The translations under genes were made by a program, and so were the position numbers. This document shows positions 19,725-29,994 of a stretch of DNA of 42,039 nucleotides, piece after piece. This DNA comes from a virus (taxonomy: Duplodnaviria; Caudoviricetes). The stretch is from IMG/VR virus record IMGVR_UViG_3300043570_000825, positions 1 through 42,039 of that record; one strand, written 5' to 3'. Position 1 is the first letter of the stretch. Every line of letters begins with the position of its first letter. The notes under the pieces were generated by a model. It did no database searches and was not told the origin of the DNA. It was given only the letters and a program-made list of their open reading frames with translations.

Positions 19725-19925
19725 TTAATGGTTGGAATTCTTTACATCGTAAAGGAAATCAGCTAAAAACTGCATTTTTGCTGCAATTGGTGCTTTTGGT
19801 TGGTTTGCTTCCAACATTCCTTTGAGGTCTACTAAAGATGCAGCTGCTATTTGAAGTGCATCATCTTTTGCGTTTAAGTAAGCTTCGGAGATTCCGTACT
19901 TCTTTGCGATTTCAGGTATTGTCAT
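19725..19925 (-). CDS. Small hypothetical protein, possible N-terminal helix-turn-helix
   Basis: TIPEIAKKYGISEAYL resembles an HTH; tightly packed between neighbours. Confidence 0.5.
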   Translation of the reverse strand: MTIPEIAKKYGISEAYLNAKDDALQIAAASLVDLKGMLEANQPKAPIAAKMQFLADFLYDVKNSNH

Positions 19926-19929
19926 AACT

Positions 19930-20340
19930 TTAGTTTATAATATCCCTACGGAAGAATTTTCCCATAAGGTTTTCGTTTATTGCTTGTTCGTTGGCTAGTA
20001 CATCGTAATGAAACTGCCATTTAATTTCGTAATATGATAAGGATTTTTTGGAAAAGCAAAACTGGATAATTTCTCTTTCAAAATCACCAGCTCTACCTTC
20101 TTTTACTTCGGACTTAATCCATTCGTTTGATGAATAGTATTTCTCCCAATCGGAAGCACTTCTAACAACTCTCTTTCTAGTCTTGCCCTTAAGGGGCTTC
20201 AATCTTCGAACTTGATTTAGGGACTTCTTCCCTATATAAAATCTACCAGTTGGTATGTGTATCATTTTATAGACAAACCCAACTGCACCTTCCGGTGTAC
20301 TTTCCTCCGTAACTATATTTCCATTAAATTTCCAACTCAT
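19930..20340 (-). CDS. Stand-alone GIY-YIG family nuclease
   Basis: GFVY-x9-YIGKK motif with downstream conserved E and N; no C-terminal DNA-binding extension. Confidence 0.75.
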   Translation of the reverse strand: MSWKFNGNIVTEESTPEGAVGFVYKMIHIPTGRFYIGKKSLNQVRRLKPLKGKTRKRVVRSASDWEKYYSSNEWIKSEVKEGRAGDFEREIIQFCFSKKSLSYYEIKWQFHYDVLANEQAINENLMGKFFRRDIIN

Positions 20341-20343
20341 TGA

Positions 20344-20538
20344 TTACTTGTTTGTAACGGAATCAGAATACTTTCTAGTATTATTTAATTCTCCACCTCT
20401 AGCTTTTTTTAATTTAATTTCGTCTGTTGCTAGATTTTTTCCACCATCTGGATTTAAAGGTGTTTTATCCTTTCCCTTAGTATCTATCATACCTGTTTTA
20501 GGTGGTGTTTTTTTGTATATGTCTAAAATACTTGCCAT
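20344..20538 (-). CDS. Small basic hypothetical protein
   Basis: 64-aa Lys-rich ORF in the main orientation, preceded by the candidate late motif. Confidence 0.6.
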   Translation of the reverse strand: MASILDIYKKTPPKTGMIDTKGKDKTPLNPDGGKNLATDEIKLKKARGGELNNTRKYSDSVTNK

Positions 20539-20556
20539 TTTGTTTGTTTATTTGAA

Positions 20557-20565
20557 TATAAATAT
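20557..20565 (-). promoter_or_regulatory. Candidate late promoter motif ATATTTATA
   Basis: 18 nt upstream of ATG 20538. Confidence 0.65.
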
Positions 20566-20579
20566 AAAGTAAAACCTTT

Positions 20580-21473
20580 TTACGAATCAAATCTAATAAT
20601 AAAGTTTATTGGATAATCTGGAGTTGATTTAATTGGTTGTGGTAATTTAGCTACCGCAACCATATTTAACTCATTATCATATAATGCAATTGTAGTAATA
20701 TATGGTGCTAAAAATGAACCAGTTGGGTCTAAACTAACGTAATCTTCATAATGATTAAATTCATCATTAATAATTTTTGTACCAGCATTATAAAAAGATG
20801 CTTCTACTAAATCATCCGGTCTTATTGAACCTGGCCTTTGAACTGTGTAAGTGTTTACAACACCACCATCTTCTATAACTGCGGTTGGGTTTTGAGAATA
20901 GTTAAATTCGTTTTCCAATACTGAAATGAATATTTCATTTTCATATATTGTTTTAGTTGAACGAAAGTTTAAAGTGAATTGAGATAAAACAGAACCACTA
21001 ACTATATCTTTAGCTACAACTACCAATCCTCTATCATAAAATATATTACCTTTTATTTCATTACCATATTTTAAATTAGAATATCCATCATCTGTATATG
21101 TTCTACCCAACTGCTCATCTTGTAATACAACAGTGCCAGGCTTTATTCCCTCACCATAATATATTTGTGGGATAGAAAATACAGCTATATCATTTTCTAA
21201 AATTCTTTCATTAGTCGATGCATATGAAATTCTTCTACCAACTTCTGTTAGTAATGATGCCGTTGCTGCATTGTTATAAAATTGCGATTTTATTGATGCA
21301 TAAACCACTTTTTTATTGAATCCATTGCTTACCTCATCAGTATCTAAATCAACAAAAGTACCATCTCCGTTTTCTCCGAAAATAGGACTAATATCATTCT
21401 CATCCAAAGTCCATTCTTTATAAACTTTAAGAGGCCTTACAATTATATCTGATTTTGGTATTTCTTTCAACAT
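20580..21473 (-). CDS. Virion structural protein (baseplate/tail-collar-like), paralog of 21544..22758
   Basis: Shares ENEFNYSQNPT and YITTIALYD...VAVAKLPQPI with the 404-aa neighbour; located in the baseplate module. Confidence 0.6.
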   Translation of the reverse strand: MLKEIPKSDIIVRPLKVYKEWTLDENDISPIFGENGDGTFVDLDTDEVSNGFNKKVVYASIKSQFYNNAATASLLTEVGRRISYASTNERILENDIAVFSIPQIYYGEGIKPGTVVLQDEQLGRTYTDDGYSNLKYGNEIKGNIFYDRGLVVVAKDIVSGSVLSQFTLNFRSTKTIYENEIFISVLENEFNYSQNPTAVIEDGGVVNTYTVQRPGSIRPDDLVEASFYNAGTKIINDEFNHYEDYVSLDPTGSFLAPYITTIALYDNELNMVAVAKLPQPIKSTPDYPINFIIRFDS

Positions 21474-21479
21474 ATCTTA

Positions 21480-21488
21480 TATAAATAT
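21480..21488 (-). promoter_or_regulatory. Candidate late promoter motif ATATTTATA
   Basis: Immediately downstream of the terminator and 6 nt upstream of ATG 21473. Confidence 0.7.
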
Positions 21489-21497
21489 TCGTTTAAC

Positions 21498-21523
21498 AAA
21501 AAACCCCCAATTAAGGGGGTTTT
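21498..21523 (-). terminator. Intrinsic terminator hairpin after the 404-aa gene
   Basis: AAAACCCCC-AATTAA-GGGGGTTTT inverted repeat; on the minus strand the stem is followed by six T. Confidence 0.8.
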
Positions 21524-21543
21524 CATATTATATTAATTTTTAA

Positions 21544-22758
21544 TTAGAATGATAATTTCACTTTAATTAAAACTTCTTTATCAAATGATTTAACAATTGG
21601 TTGTGAAGTCTTAGCTACAGCCACACATTCATTTGCATCATTCAACAAACCTATCGTTGTGATGAATGTTTGAGGGTCAGTTTCAAATGTTGGTTCAGTA
21701 AAGAAACCATCTGCATCTAAATATGTAGGATTGTTAGAGTAGTTAAACTCTCTATTTGTTGCTCTTACAAAGAAATGTTGCGTTGATACGTTTTCAGTTC
21801 TTCTAGCATCAAAATCCTTACCAGCTCTAATTGCATGATATAATCTCTTATGATTCTCCTGGTCAGCTGCTGTTGAGTATGAAGGTGTTAATGTTCCAAC
21901 AGTTTGGAATGCTTCATTAAATACGTTACCTACTACATTACCAACCGCCGTTGGATTAAGAATTATAATACCTCTTTCAGGATAGAATAAACCATAACCT
22001 TGTCCAGATGTTGGGTCAGTTGTATTTTTTATAGTTGCTTCATTTTGAGTTCCTAAATTCAATGAACCAGAAACTACTTTAAATACATTACCACTCAATC
22101 CATAAGAATCACCAAACTTTTTACCACTATTATCAATAAAAGTAAATAATCCATTAGAACCAGAAACTTTTAATGACCAGTTACCAGCATCCATAGATTC
22201 TCTATAACGAGCTCTAGCTACATTAATTACATAGATATCATTTGAATCCGTTGCAGCTGCAACTGAATTTTCAAATTGGAATTTAGCTAATGTTGGGTCT
22301 AACAACATTGATTTGTACTGAGCGTAAGTTGCTTTAGTTGGTAATAAACCATTAGGGTCTACATCTAAAGTAACAGAACCACTACCATCAACATGTCCGT
22401 ATGCTACTGCAAATTGAACTTCTTCAATATCAGTATCGATTGGGTCAGTTTGATATACGTTGTAATAATACTTACCGCTTACTGCTTCAGTTTGAGATGA
22501 TGCGGTGTAGAATGACATCAATGAACCAGAATCGCTACTCCATAATCCAGTAGTTACTACTTCTATTTTTGCATTTACCTTATCAAATTCACCAAATCTT
22601 TTATAAAGACCAGTACCAGTTACACCGGTTGATGCAATTTGTTGACCAGCTGGTAAAACTGAGTTTAATATTTGTACAATTTGATTTGAATCAATCGTAC
22701 CAGTATTAGCCAATGCTCTTATCTGGTCGGTTATATTTGGGTCGTTTATTAGTGCCAT
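21544..22758 (-). CDS. Virion structural protein (baseplate/tail-collar-like)
   Basis: NREFNYSNNPT and FITTIGLLND...VAVAKTSQPIVK C-terminus resembling the C-terminal half of tail-collar (DUF3751-like) domains. Confidence 0.6.
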   Translation of the reverse strand: MALINDPNITDQIRALANTGTIDSNQIVQILNSVLPAGQQIASTGVTGTGLYKRFGEFDKVNAKIEVVTTGLWSSDSGSLMSFYTASSQTEAVSGKYYYNVYQTDPIDTDIEEVQFAVAYGHVDGSGSVTLDVDPNGLLPTKATYAQYKSMLLDPTLAKFQFENSVAAATDSNDIYVINVARARYRESMDAGNWSLKVSGSNGLFTFIDNSGKKFGDSYGLSGNVFKVVSGSLNLGTQNEATIKNTTDPTSGQGYGLFYPERGIIILNPTAVGNVVGNVFNEAFQTVGTLTPSYSTAADQENHKRLYHAIRAGKDFDARRTENVSTQHFFVRATNREFNYSNNPTYLDADGFFTEPTFETDPQTFITTIGLLNDANECVAVAKTSQPIVKSFDKEVLIKVKLSF

Positions 22759-22778
22759 TTTATATTTCTATTTTATTT

Positions 22779-23405
22779 TTATACGGTTGCTTTGTATGTT
22801 ACGATTACAGGAATAGTTTGTGAACCTCCAGTTTCATTTCCAAACACAGTTATTGTTGTAGATACATCAATTGTTAAGTTTGGATTTGGAGTGAATCTAA
22901 ATTCTAAACCAGTAACAACTTGTGCCGTTGTTGTAATTTCATCACCTAAGAATAATGTAGTACCAGTACCACTTGCTCCTCTAGTTACAGTTATTGTACC
23001 AGCTCTTTGGTCTGCTAATACCATTGTATATCCAGCATTTTGATTTCCAGCAGGAGATGTTGTTGGAGATAATCCTACACCACCTTCATATTGATTAACA
23101 CTAATAGAAGGTACACCCAATCTAACAACAGGAATTTGAGTTGTTCCTTTTGGTAGAGTTACTAACTTATATCTTAATACTTGAGTTTCATCAGGTGAAG
23201 CTTCCGTAATAGGAATAGCTCTGATTGCTGAATCATAGTATGCAGAACCTTTTGGATGCGCTGGTTCGTAAAGCGTATAATCAATCTCATCATCACCCAA
23301 AGCAAACTTTGTAATGTTTAATGATTGACCCGATGCTAATTTTTGTCTTCCTTTTTTGGTAAGAATTGCATCTACTGTAATTTCTGTGTTATCTAAATAT
23401 GCCAT
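22779..23405 (-). CDS. Virion structural protein with tail-collar-like (DUF3751-like) N-terminus
   Basis: AILTKKGRQKLA...ITKFALGD matches the LTxxGxxxLA...ITxxAxGD pattern of P2 gpH-type N-termini. Confidence 0.6.
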   Translation of the reverse strand: MAYLDNTEITVDAILTKKGRQKLASGQSLNITKFALGDDEIDYTLYEPAHPKGSAYYDSAIRAIPITEASPDETQVLRYKLVTLPKGTTQIPVVRLGVPSISVNQYEGGVGLSPTTSPAGNQNAGYTMVLADQRAGTITVTRGASGTGTTLFLGDEITTTAQVVTGLEFRFTPNPNLTIDVSTTITVFGNETGGSQTIPVIVTYKATV

Positions 23406-23429
23406 TTGATATGTTTTTTATCTATATTC

Positions 23430-23438
23430 TATAAATAT
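23430..23438 (-). promoter_or_regulatory. Candidate late promoter motif ATATTTATA
   Basis: 24 nt upstream of ATG 23405. Confidence 0.65.
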
Positions 23439-23458
23439 AACTAATTTTTATTTTCCAA

Positions 23459-26400
23459 TTAATCTACTTCAAGTATTGGTTCACCACTACCTCTACCAGT
23501 CTTAGCCACTCTAAGAATGTTAGGATTAGTTGTAAATGTTTCAACCGGGTCTAAACCATCTGGTGTAGTTGTTGAATTTTGAACAGAACCTTTCCAAAAT
23601 GAACGTTTCATACCCTCACCTAAATTATTCTTGTATATATAGTGTGTTGGGAAATATCCATTCAACGAAGTTACCTCAACAATATCATTACCAATACTAA
23701 CACTACCACTAAATGGTAATACAGATACTTTGTATTTGTATTTGGTTACTGGAATTTTTTCGTATTTAACTTGTCCATATGGTGTTGCTGGGTATCCTTC
23801 CGTTTGTGTGTTTATTTTTTGAGTATATTGTTGCTTTACTAAGAATATACTTTTTCTACTTCCTGTTTCTTGGTAATTACCAAATAAAGGGTCATAACTT
23901 CTAACGATACCAGTACCATTATTAGCGTATAAACCATAACCAGCATTAGCAAGAGAATCTCTGTCCATACCAACTTCAGTAAACGTAAATGAATCAGCTT
24001 CACCCACCAAACTTGCACCAGTAGGACATTGTATTTCTAAATCGTAAAATGGTGCACTACCTTCTAATAAAACTCCATCATTTGCATCAATAATACTATT
24101 GTAAGATGGATTTGTTCCTTCTAATTGTATAACATCATTTGCATCCACTACTCCAGTATTGTTACTAACATCTCCAGATAGATTTGTTATTTCGGATGCA
24201 TCCAATGTAGCATCTTTTGGTATAGATTCTGCATCTAATAATACATCTTTGTTTGTATCAAGAGACGTTTCAAAATCATTTCTCAATGATTGTGGTTTAT
24301 CCCAACGAGTTTTATTTCTTTCTAAATAGTGTGGTTCAATTAACAATCCTTTAGATATGTTTGTTCTAACAGGAGCTAAATCAGAAAGTACTTCAAACAA
24401 TGATTTATCTATGTATCTTATTAATCTAATATATTCGTAGATATCTCTGTTATCCAATCTCTCAAAGTAGTAATGTCTTAAAGTATCTAATTGTTTATAG
24501 TTACTTCTATATTCATCACCATAATCTCCAATATAGTTATCAATATTAAAATCACCAAATGCTTTTAAGATATCCATATTCAACTCCTTAATTGGAGAGA
24601 AGAATAATCCCAAACGATTTGAATCTATTGGAGCTCTATCAAATGATTTTTGAGTTGCTCTAGTTTTATAAGAAAGGTCACCTATTAAAGTTTGTTCTTC
24701 AAAACGAATCTTATTAGAAACATTAAATCCTAAAGATGGAACATTTGCTGTTACAGTTCTATCATATGGAATGTATTGATATGGATATGTTGGAGCTGAA
24801 TAAAAATTACTAGCAGTTGCAAATCCAGTATCACCAACATATGATGTATCTATTGAAACGTTTTTAATGAATGGGTCTAATACTCTATCTTTTGGATATT
24901 CAAAATCCAAACGGAATATCAAATCTTTAGTTGATGAATCAAAATCATTTCCATTGATTGCGTCTGGGAATAGTGTATGGTTTTCAAATTTACTTCTTTG
25001 TAAAGGTACAGTCCATAAACGGAACTCATCTAAATTACCAGAATATCCATTACCACCAACCTCAATATAATTGCCATCTTCCCATTGTGAATCATCCGTT
25101 AATATAGACATACTCACAAATGCAGTTTGTCTAGTACCATTTGAAGTACCCAACCAAACCTCATATAAAGATGTTGCCCCACCATAATTGTATCTATTGA
25201 TTGCAACATTTGAATAATTTTCAATAGATAGTGGAAATCCTAAACTTCCTGTTTTTAAATCAGGACCATAAGCGTATGGATAGTTACTAGCCGTATCGAA
25301 ATAATATGTTGATACAGATGCACTTATAAATGGTTCATTAACATAAGTACTTGTAGATGAATCGCCACCAAAATTTAATTCTAATTTAGCAAAAGAACCA
25401 GTGGTTTGTACTAAATCTAAATTCCATTGGCTTGCTGATATTAATCTTTGTGGTGTTGATGTAATAGATGCAGGTAATATCCTAAACTCAATACAATTAG
25501 GATAATCTCCAGTTTTTGTTTGTTTCCAATCAACTCGTACTGATGAATCAGTATCCAATACAATTGCTGCTGTTCTATCATCAAACGTAAATTTACTAAC
25601 CCCACCTCTAGTTGGATCTTGAGGTCCACCAAATTCCATTATAGTCAACATAGATTGTGGTACACCATAACAAGCCATTACAGCTTTAAGTGCTCTAGCA
25701 GTACCCTTATGTTTTAATAGATATGGTAAGTTATTTAAGATTCTTCTCCACACTTCATAGTTTGCATCTTGCAAGCTTCTTCCATATTTTTGATATCCAT
25801 CTTGCGTTGTACCAAACATATATTCCCAAAGTAATTGAGAATTAAATGCTCTTTTTTCAGTCCAACCCATTGAATTTAACATAGAACTAACTAATGAATC
25901 AGGAACTCCCAATTCTTCTTTATGTTCTACGTTTTTAGATTTTTTTATTCCATTTATATAGACCCATAGAATATCAAAATGCTGGCCAATCATATCTAAG
26001 AATAAAATAAAATCAGCGTTATCGTAATCTTCGGTTATATAAGCTGGAAGATTATTACGCATTGCATATGAATTATACTTATCAAATTCTTCTGAATCAG
26101 CCAATGCAGTTTCATACCAACTAACAACCAATGGACTTGTAATAGGTCTTAAAATTCTATAAGTTAATTGGGTTGTTGGATTAAAATAATCTTCCTTTGG
26201 ATATGCTAATGTATTTTCTGATTTAAATAAGAATTTTTCAAATCCATCAAATGTTTTTATTAAATTACTTATTTTTTCAGCAATTCCATTTGCTTCAATT
26301 AATGCATATGGTGCAGGAATTACTTGAGGTACTTCAAATTGTAATTGTAAAATTGGGTCTATTTGTTCACCAATTAATATTTCATTACCTTCAATTTCAG

Positions 26401-28717
26401 GAGTACCATCTCCGCCAGTATCTTCAGTTAATAAATAACCGATTGGAAATGTTGTTTGTGTTAAACTTAAATATTTTGATTGATACTCTTGTAATATATT
26501 TATTTTATAATAAAAGTTTTTCAATCTTTCAGCACCAGAGCCAAAGTGTACAAATTGGTCAAATGTATATGAAGAACCACTAACATACTGAATATTTAAT
26601 TTTTCAGTATCAATATTATTTTGAGATGTTATCTTATTTAAGATATCATTTGATGTAGTAGACCCACTTGCTATTAAATCATCAAATATTTTAAAAGCAG
26701 TTCCGTTATCAGGATCTAATAAAAAATTAGGTCCTTTTAGTGGTGCACAATAGCTTGTATCAACACCACTAATTGTTATAGTTTCAACTATTGGGTCAGC
26801 TTGTAATTTAGAAATCCAAACTTGTTGATTTGGTTGTACAGTTGTTTCTAATGGTTCGTATAATTTTAATATAAGTGAATCATTATCACCAGTCCAAGTT
26901 GTAATTACTTTATTATCACCATTACCAATATGTAATAAGTGTGTTAAATATTTTGATGTTTCATCTGCAAAAATACCTTTATCAAATTGTGCAATAAATC
27001 CTTCTGCAATTCTACTAATAGCAACATCTCTAGGAATAGTTAAATCACCTTTATCAAATTGAATTGTGATTATTTCTTTTTTACCAATTACAGTCTGTCT
27101 TCCACTTACGTTATATGGAACTAATATTAATTGTAAATTAATTATATCTTGGTCTTCTGAAACATTAGTCCCAGCATTTATTAATAATTGTTTAAAATTA
27201 AATGTATGCGTTCCATTTTTTGGTAGTTGTGCAAAATTAGAATTACTACTACCAGCATACACCTTAACATAATCAGTATCAATTGAATCAAATGATATTT
27301 TAAAATCAACATCAGTACCTACATAATCAGGTCCTCTTAATACAGAAGGATATTGTATATTTCTAATATCAGGAACACCAACCCATATATCATCAACAGC
27401 TACTAATGATGTTTCTATTAAATCACCATCACCATCTGCGTTTGTTGGAACTAATTTTATTGTATATTTTCCAATTACATCAAATGTTTTTGATGGTATT
27501 ATTATTATGCTAGTTTCACCACTAACATTAAATTCATATTTTTTATCCTTTACATATGCAGTTACTTTTGTAGTATTTCCAAAAAGATTCAATCCAATTG
27601 GAACTGCTGCATCTGAATTAATATTATATTGTGTAAAGTCTTGAGATGCTAATTGTGCTGGATTTGAGAAACTTATTACAGGAACCGTAGCTTGTATTAT
27701 TGCAAAATTTTCACTAGTAATACTAATATTTAAATTTCTATCAAAATTTACAAGTGTAGATATACTTTCTAAAGCGGAAGTTGCTTCTAATGTTTGTGTT
27801 TTTATACCATCACCACTAACTACTATTTTAGTAATTCTATATGAACTTATATTAGTTGTTTGTATTGAATATGATAGTTCAGAATCTGCACTATCTTCAA
27901 TTTCAGTAACTCCATTAGTTAAAGTTAATGTTTCAACTCCAGCTAATTCTTTTTTATTTTTTATAAAAGTAACAGAATTATTTGGCCCATCTATTGCTAC
28001 ATTTAATTTAATTTTTGGAACAACTGGGTCAGTTGGGTTTTGCTCATCTGGTATAGCTACATTTTGTTGTAATGTAAACTCAATAGATTTATCTTGAGAA
28101 TCTACATCATAACTAAAATCATTTTGAAGTACATCTCCTAAAAATTTTCTTACTCTAAATGTGTATGCTGGCGTTGTTGAATAAACGCTTTTATAAGTGT
28201 CAGGATCATATGTATATAAATTATTAGTATCAGATGTATAATTTGGAAGACCCCTAGTACTATAAGCTACTAAACTATCATATGGGTTTATGTTTAAAGC
28301 TATGTATGGTACATAATATTTTGGATTTTCTACAACATCTATTATGAATTTTTCATTTGATGAATATCCTTCTTTTTGTACAGTAATAGTTTTAGCTCCA
28401 TTAGTCAATAAATCACTTAGAGAAACTGAAAGTCCGTAGCTCGTAGTTTGATATATTGGCGTATCGTTTACATAAATACTTGATTCAGTATTCGATTTAA
28501 TGTAAAGTATATTTTTATTATCAGTATTAGCTACATTTGGCGTATCTACAATTGGTATAAATCCGGCAGTACTTCCTCCACCGCCACCATATGAAATACC
28601 AACACCAGACCCACCACCTACACCAACACCCCTTTCAGTATCAAGCGCATTTAGTTGCTGAGATTCACTTACCCCAAAGCCACTATCAAAAATATTTTCA
28701 TCGTTTGCTACTGCCAT
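23459..28717 (-). CDS. Large baseplate wedge-like protein (gp7/P2 gpI-like segment plus LamG-like domain), 1752 aa
   Basis: LDMIGQHFD...LPYLLKHKGTARALKAVMACYG (KGT motif of gpI/gp7-type wedge proteins); YSGNLDEFRLW (LamG-like ending). Confidence 0.6.
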   Translation of the reverse strand: MAVANDENIFDSGFGVSESQQLNALDTERGVGVGGGSGVGISYGGGGGSTAGFIPIVDTPNVANTDNKNILYIKSNTESSIYVNDTPIYQTTSYGLSVSLSDLLTNGAKTITVQKEGYSSNEKFIIDVVENPKYYVPYIALNINPYDSLVAYSTRGLPNYTSDTNNLYTYDPDTYKSVYSTTPAYTFRVRKFLGDVLQNDFSYDVDSQDKSIEFTLQQNVAIPDEQNPTDPVVPKIKLNVAIDGPNNSVTFIKNKKELAGVETLTLTNGVTEIEDSADSELSYSIQTTNISSYRITKIVVSGDGIKTQTLEATSALESISTLVNFDRNLNISITSENFAIIQATVPVISFSNPAQLASQDFTQYNINSDAAVPIGLNLFGNTTKVTAYVKDKKYEFNVSGETSIIIIPSKTFDVIGKYTIKLVPTNADGDGDLIETSLVAVDDIWVGVPDIRNIQYPSVLRGPDYVGTDVDFKISFDSIDTDYVKVYAGSSNSNFAQLPKNGTHTFNFKQLLINAGTNVSEDQDIINLQLILVPYNVSGRQTVIGKKEIITIQFDKGDLTIPRDVAISRIAEGFIAQFDKGIFADETSKYLTHLLHIGNGDNKVITTWTGDNDSLILKLYEPLETTVQPNQQVWISKLQADPIVETITISGVDTSYCAPLKGPNFLLDPDNGTAFKIFDDLIASGSTTSNDILNKITSQNNIDTEKLNIQYVSGSSYTFDQFVHFGSGAERLKNFYYKINILQEYQSKYLSLTQTTFPIGYLLTEDTGGDGTPEIEGNEILIGEQIDPILQLQFEVPQVIPAPYALIEANGIAEKISNLIKTFDGFEKFLFKSENTLAYPKEDYFNPTTQLTYRILRPITSPLVVSWYETALADSEEFDKYNSYAMRNNLPAYITEDYDNADFILFLDMIGQHFDILWVYINGIKKSKNVEHKEELGVPDSLVSSMLNSMGWTEKRAFNSQLLWEYMFGTTQDGYQKYGRSLQDANYEVWRRILNNLPYLLKHKGTARALKAVMACYGVPQSMLTIMEFGGPQDPTRGGVSKFTFDDRTAAIVLDTDSSVRVDWKQTKTGDYPNCIEFRILPASITSTPQRLISASQWNLDLVQTTGSFAKLELNFGGDSSTSTYVNEPFISASVSTYYFDTASNYPYAYGPDLKTGSLGFPLSIENYSNVAINRYNYGGATSLYEVWLGTSNGTRQTAFVSMSILTDDSQWEDGNYIEVGGNGYSGNLDEFRLWTVPLQRSKFENHTLFPDAINGNDFDSSTKDLIFRLDFEYPKDRVLDPFIKNVSIDTSYVGDTGFATASNFYSAPTYPYQYIPYDRTVTANVPSLGFNVSNKIRFEEQTLIGDLSYKTRATQKSFDRAPIDSNRLGLFFSPIKELNMDILKAFGDFNIDNYIGDYGDEYRSNYKQLDTLRHYYFERLDNRDIYEYIRLIRYIDKSLFEVLSDLAPVRTNISKGLLIEPHYLERNKTRWDKPQSLRNDFETSLDTNKDVLLDAESIPKDATLDASEITNLSGDVSNNTGVVDANDVIQLEGTNPSYNSIIDANDGVLLEGSAPFYDLEIQCPTGASLVGEADSFTFTEVGMDRDSLANAGYGLYANNGTGIVRSYDPLFGNYQETGSRKSIFLVKQQYTQKINTQTEGYPATPYGQVKYEKIPVTKYKYKVSVLPFSGSVSIGNDIVEVTSLNGYFPTHYIYKNNLGEGMKRSFWKGSVQNSTTTPDGLDPVETFTTNPNILRVAKTGRGSGEPILEVD

Positions 28718-28727
28718 TTTGTTACTT

Positions 28728-28736
28728 TATAAGTAT
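28728..28736 (-). promoter_or_regulatory. Candidate late promoter motif ATACTTATA
   Basis: 10 nt upstream of ATG 28717. Confidence 0.6.
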
Positions 28737-28743
28737 TTTTATA

Positions 28744-29994
28744 TTATTGAAATTCGATTCGTTCTCTACCCATACCACCATCTGCCAAATTCTGTCTATC
28801 CAATGTATCGTATTCTCGATAGATGCTACCACCTCCGCCGCCTCCACCACCGCTTGATGGTGGTACATATGGTGGTTCTTCTATTGGTGTAACTATTTCA
28901 ATTGGAGCCGGTGAAGGTTCTACTTTAATTTTTTCTGGTGGAGTTGGAGTTGGAATTTGTTTTTTAATTTCTTCTTCCAACTTCAACTCCATACTAGTCA
29001 ATATTGGTTTTATTACTTCTGCCATTTGTAGTACAGGACTACTTGTATCTATTGTATTATTAGAATCAATTCTTTGTAATACTTTACCAACAATATCAAC
29101 ACTATCATCCAATCCAGCATCATAAGTAGCTTCTTTCTTAACATCAGGTTTTGATAGATAAAAATCAATACACATAATTAATATCCTTTTACAAATACTT
29201 TCTATTTCATTTACTGATAATTCTATTACGGGTCTTTCGGTTTTTGGTTTACCATATTTAACATCTCTAATATCAGATATTCTATTTGTAAATTCATAAA
29301 AAGATGCTTCAACAAATTTTTCAAATACTCTAGTTGAAAATGTATCAAAATCTTTTATTTTAAATTCAGAAACCATTTTATCTAACCACTTAGTTGAATA
29401 CTTTGATTTTAAAAAATTATCAATTACAGTTGGATTTACTTTCTCAATAAAATTAAATGCTAAATTTATAGTATCATCTCTGAATTCACCATTGTTTATA
29501 AATAAATCAAATCGTTTTTTAAGTTCTGGATTTAATTGTAATCCTTTTTTTAATGGTAATAATCTAACCTCTGTACGTGATGGTGATATTTCTGCTATCC
29601 ACAAACTATCCGCCGGAGCTTCACTACCTACTCTTTTGTTAAGTAATGTTATTTGTGTTTTAAATATACCATTATCATATCCAGCTTCTCTTAAAAGTCT
29701 TTCAACATCTATAAAATATTCAGTTGGAAATTGATTTTTCTTAAGTACAGTTCCTTCAGCTATTAAAAAATAATCTTTAATATTTGCAGTTGTTATTGGA
29801 ACATATCTAACTAATTCATCATTTATTTGTGGTAATTGATTATCGTTTAAGTCATATACAATAAACTCAATAGCATCTTTTTCACCAAATCCAAAGAAGG
29901 ACTCGAGGTTACCTTCTTCAAATATTTTTCTATCGTTTGAAGATATTCTATACCCCTGATTATTTAATATTTCCTTAAATGTTTTTATTGCCAT
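28744..29994 (-). CDS. Hypothetical structural protein with Pro-rich and poly-Gly C-terminal tail
   Basis: 416-aa ORF in the baseplate operon; start overlaps the upstream gene by 10 nt. Confidence 0.55.
   Translation of the reverse strand: MAIKTFKEILNNQGYRISSNDRKIFEEGNLESFFGFGEKDAIEFIVYDLNDNQLPQINDELVRYVPITTANIKDYFLIAEGTVLKKNQFPTEYFIDVERLLREAGYDNGIFKTQITLLNKRVGSEAPADSLWIAEISPSRTEVRLLPLKKGLQLNPELKKRFDLFINNGEFRDDTINLAFNFIEKVNPTVIDNFLKSKYSTKWLDKMVSEFKIKDFDTFSTRVFEKFVEASFYEFTNRISDIRDVKYGKPKTERPVIELSVNEIESICKRILIMCIDFYLSKPDVKKEATYDAGLDDSVDIVGKVLQRIDSNNTIDTSSPVLQMAEVIKPILTSMELKLEEEIKKQIPTPTPPEKIKVEPSPAPIEIVTPIEEPPYVPPSSGGGGGGGGSIYREYDTLDRQNLADGGMGRERIEFQ

Noticed and set aside
19930-20340. GIY-YIG gene as a mobile homing endonuclease or intron ORF
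   Set aside because: No interrupted host gene, no room for intron structure (3-4 nt gaps on each side) and no DNA-binding extension.
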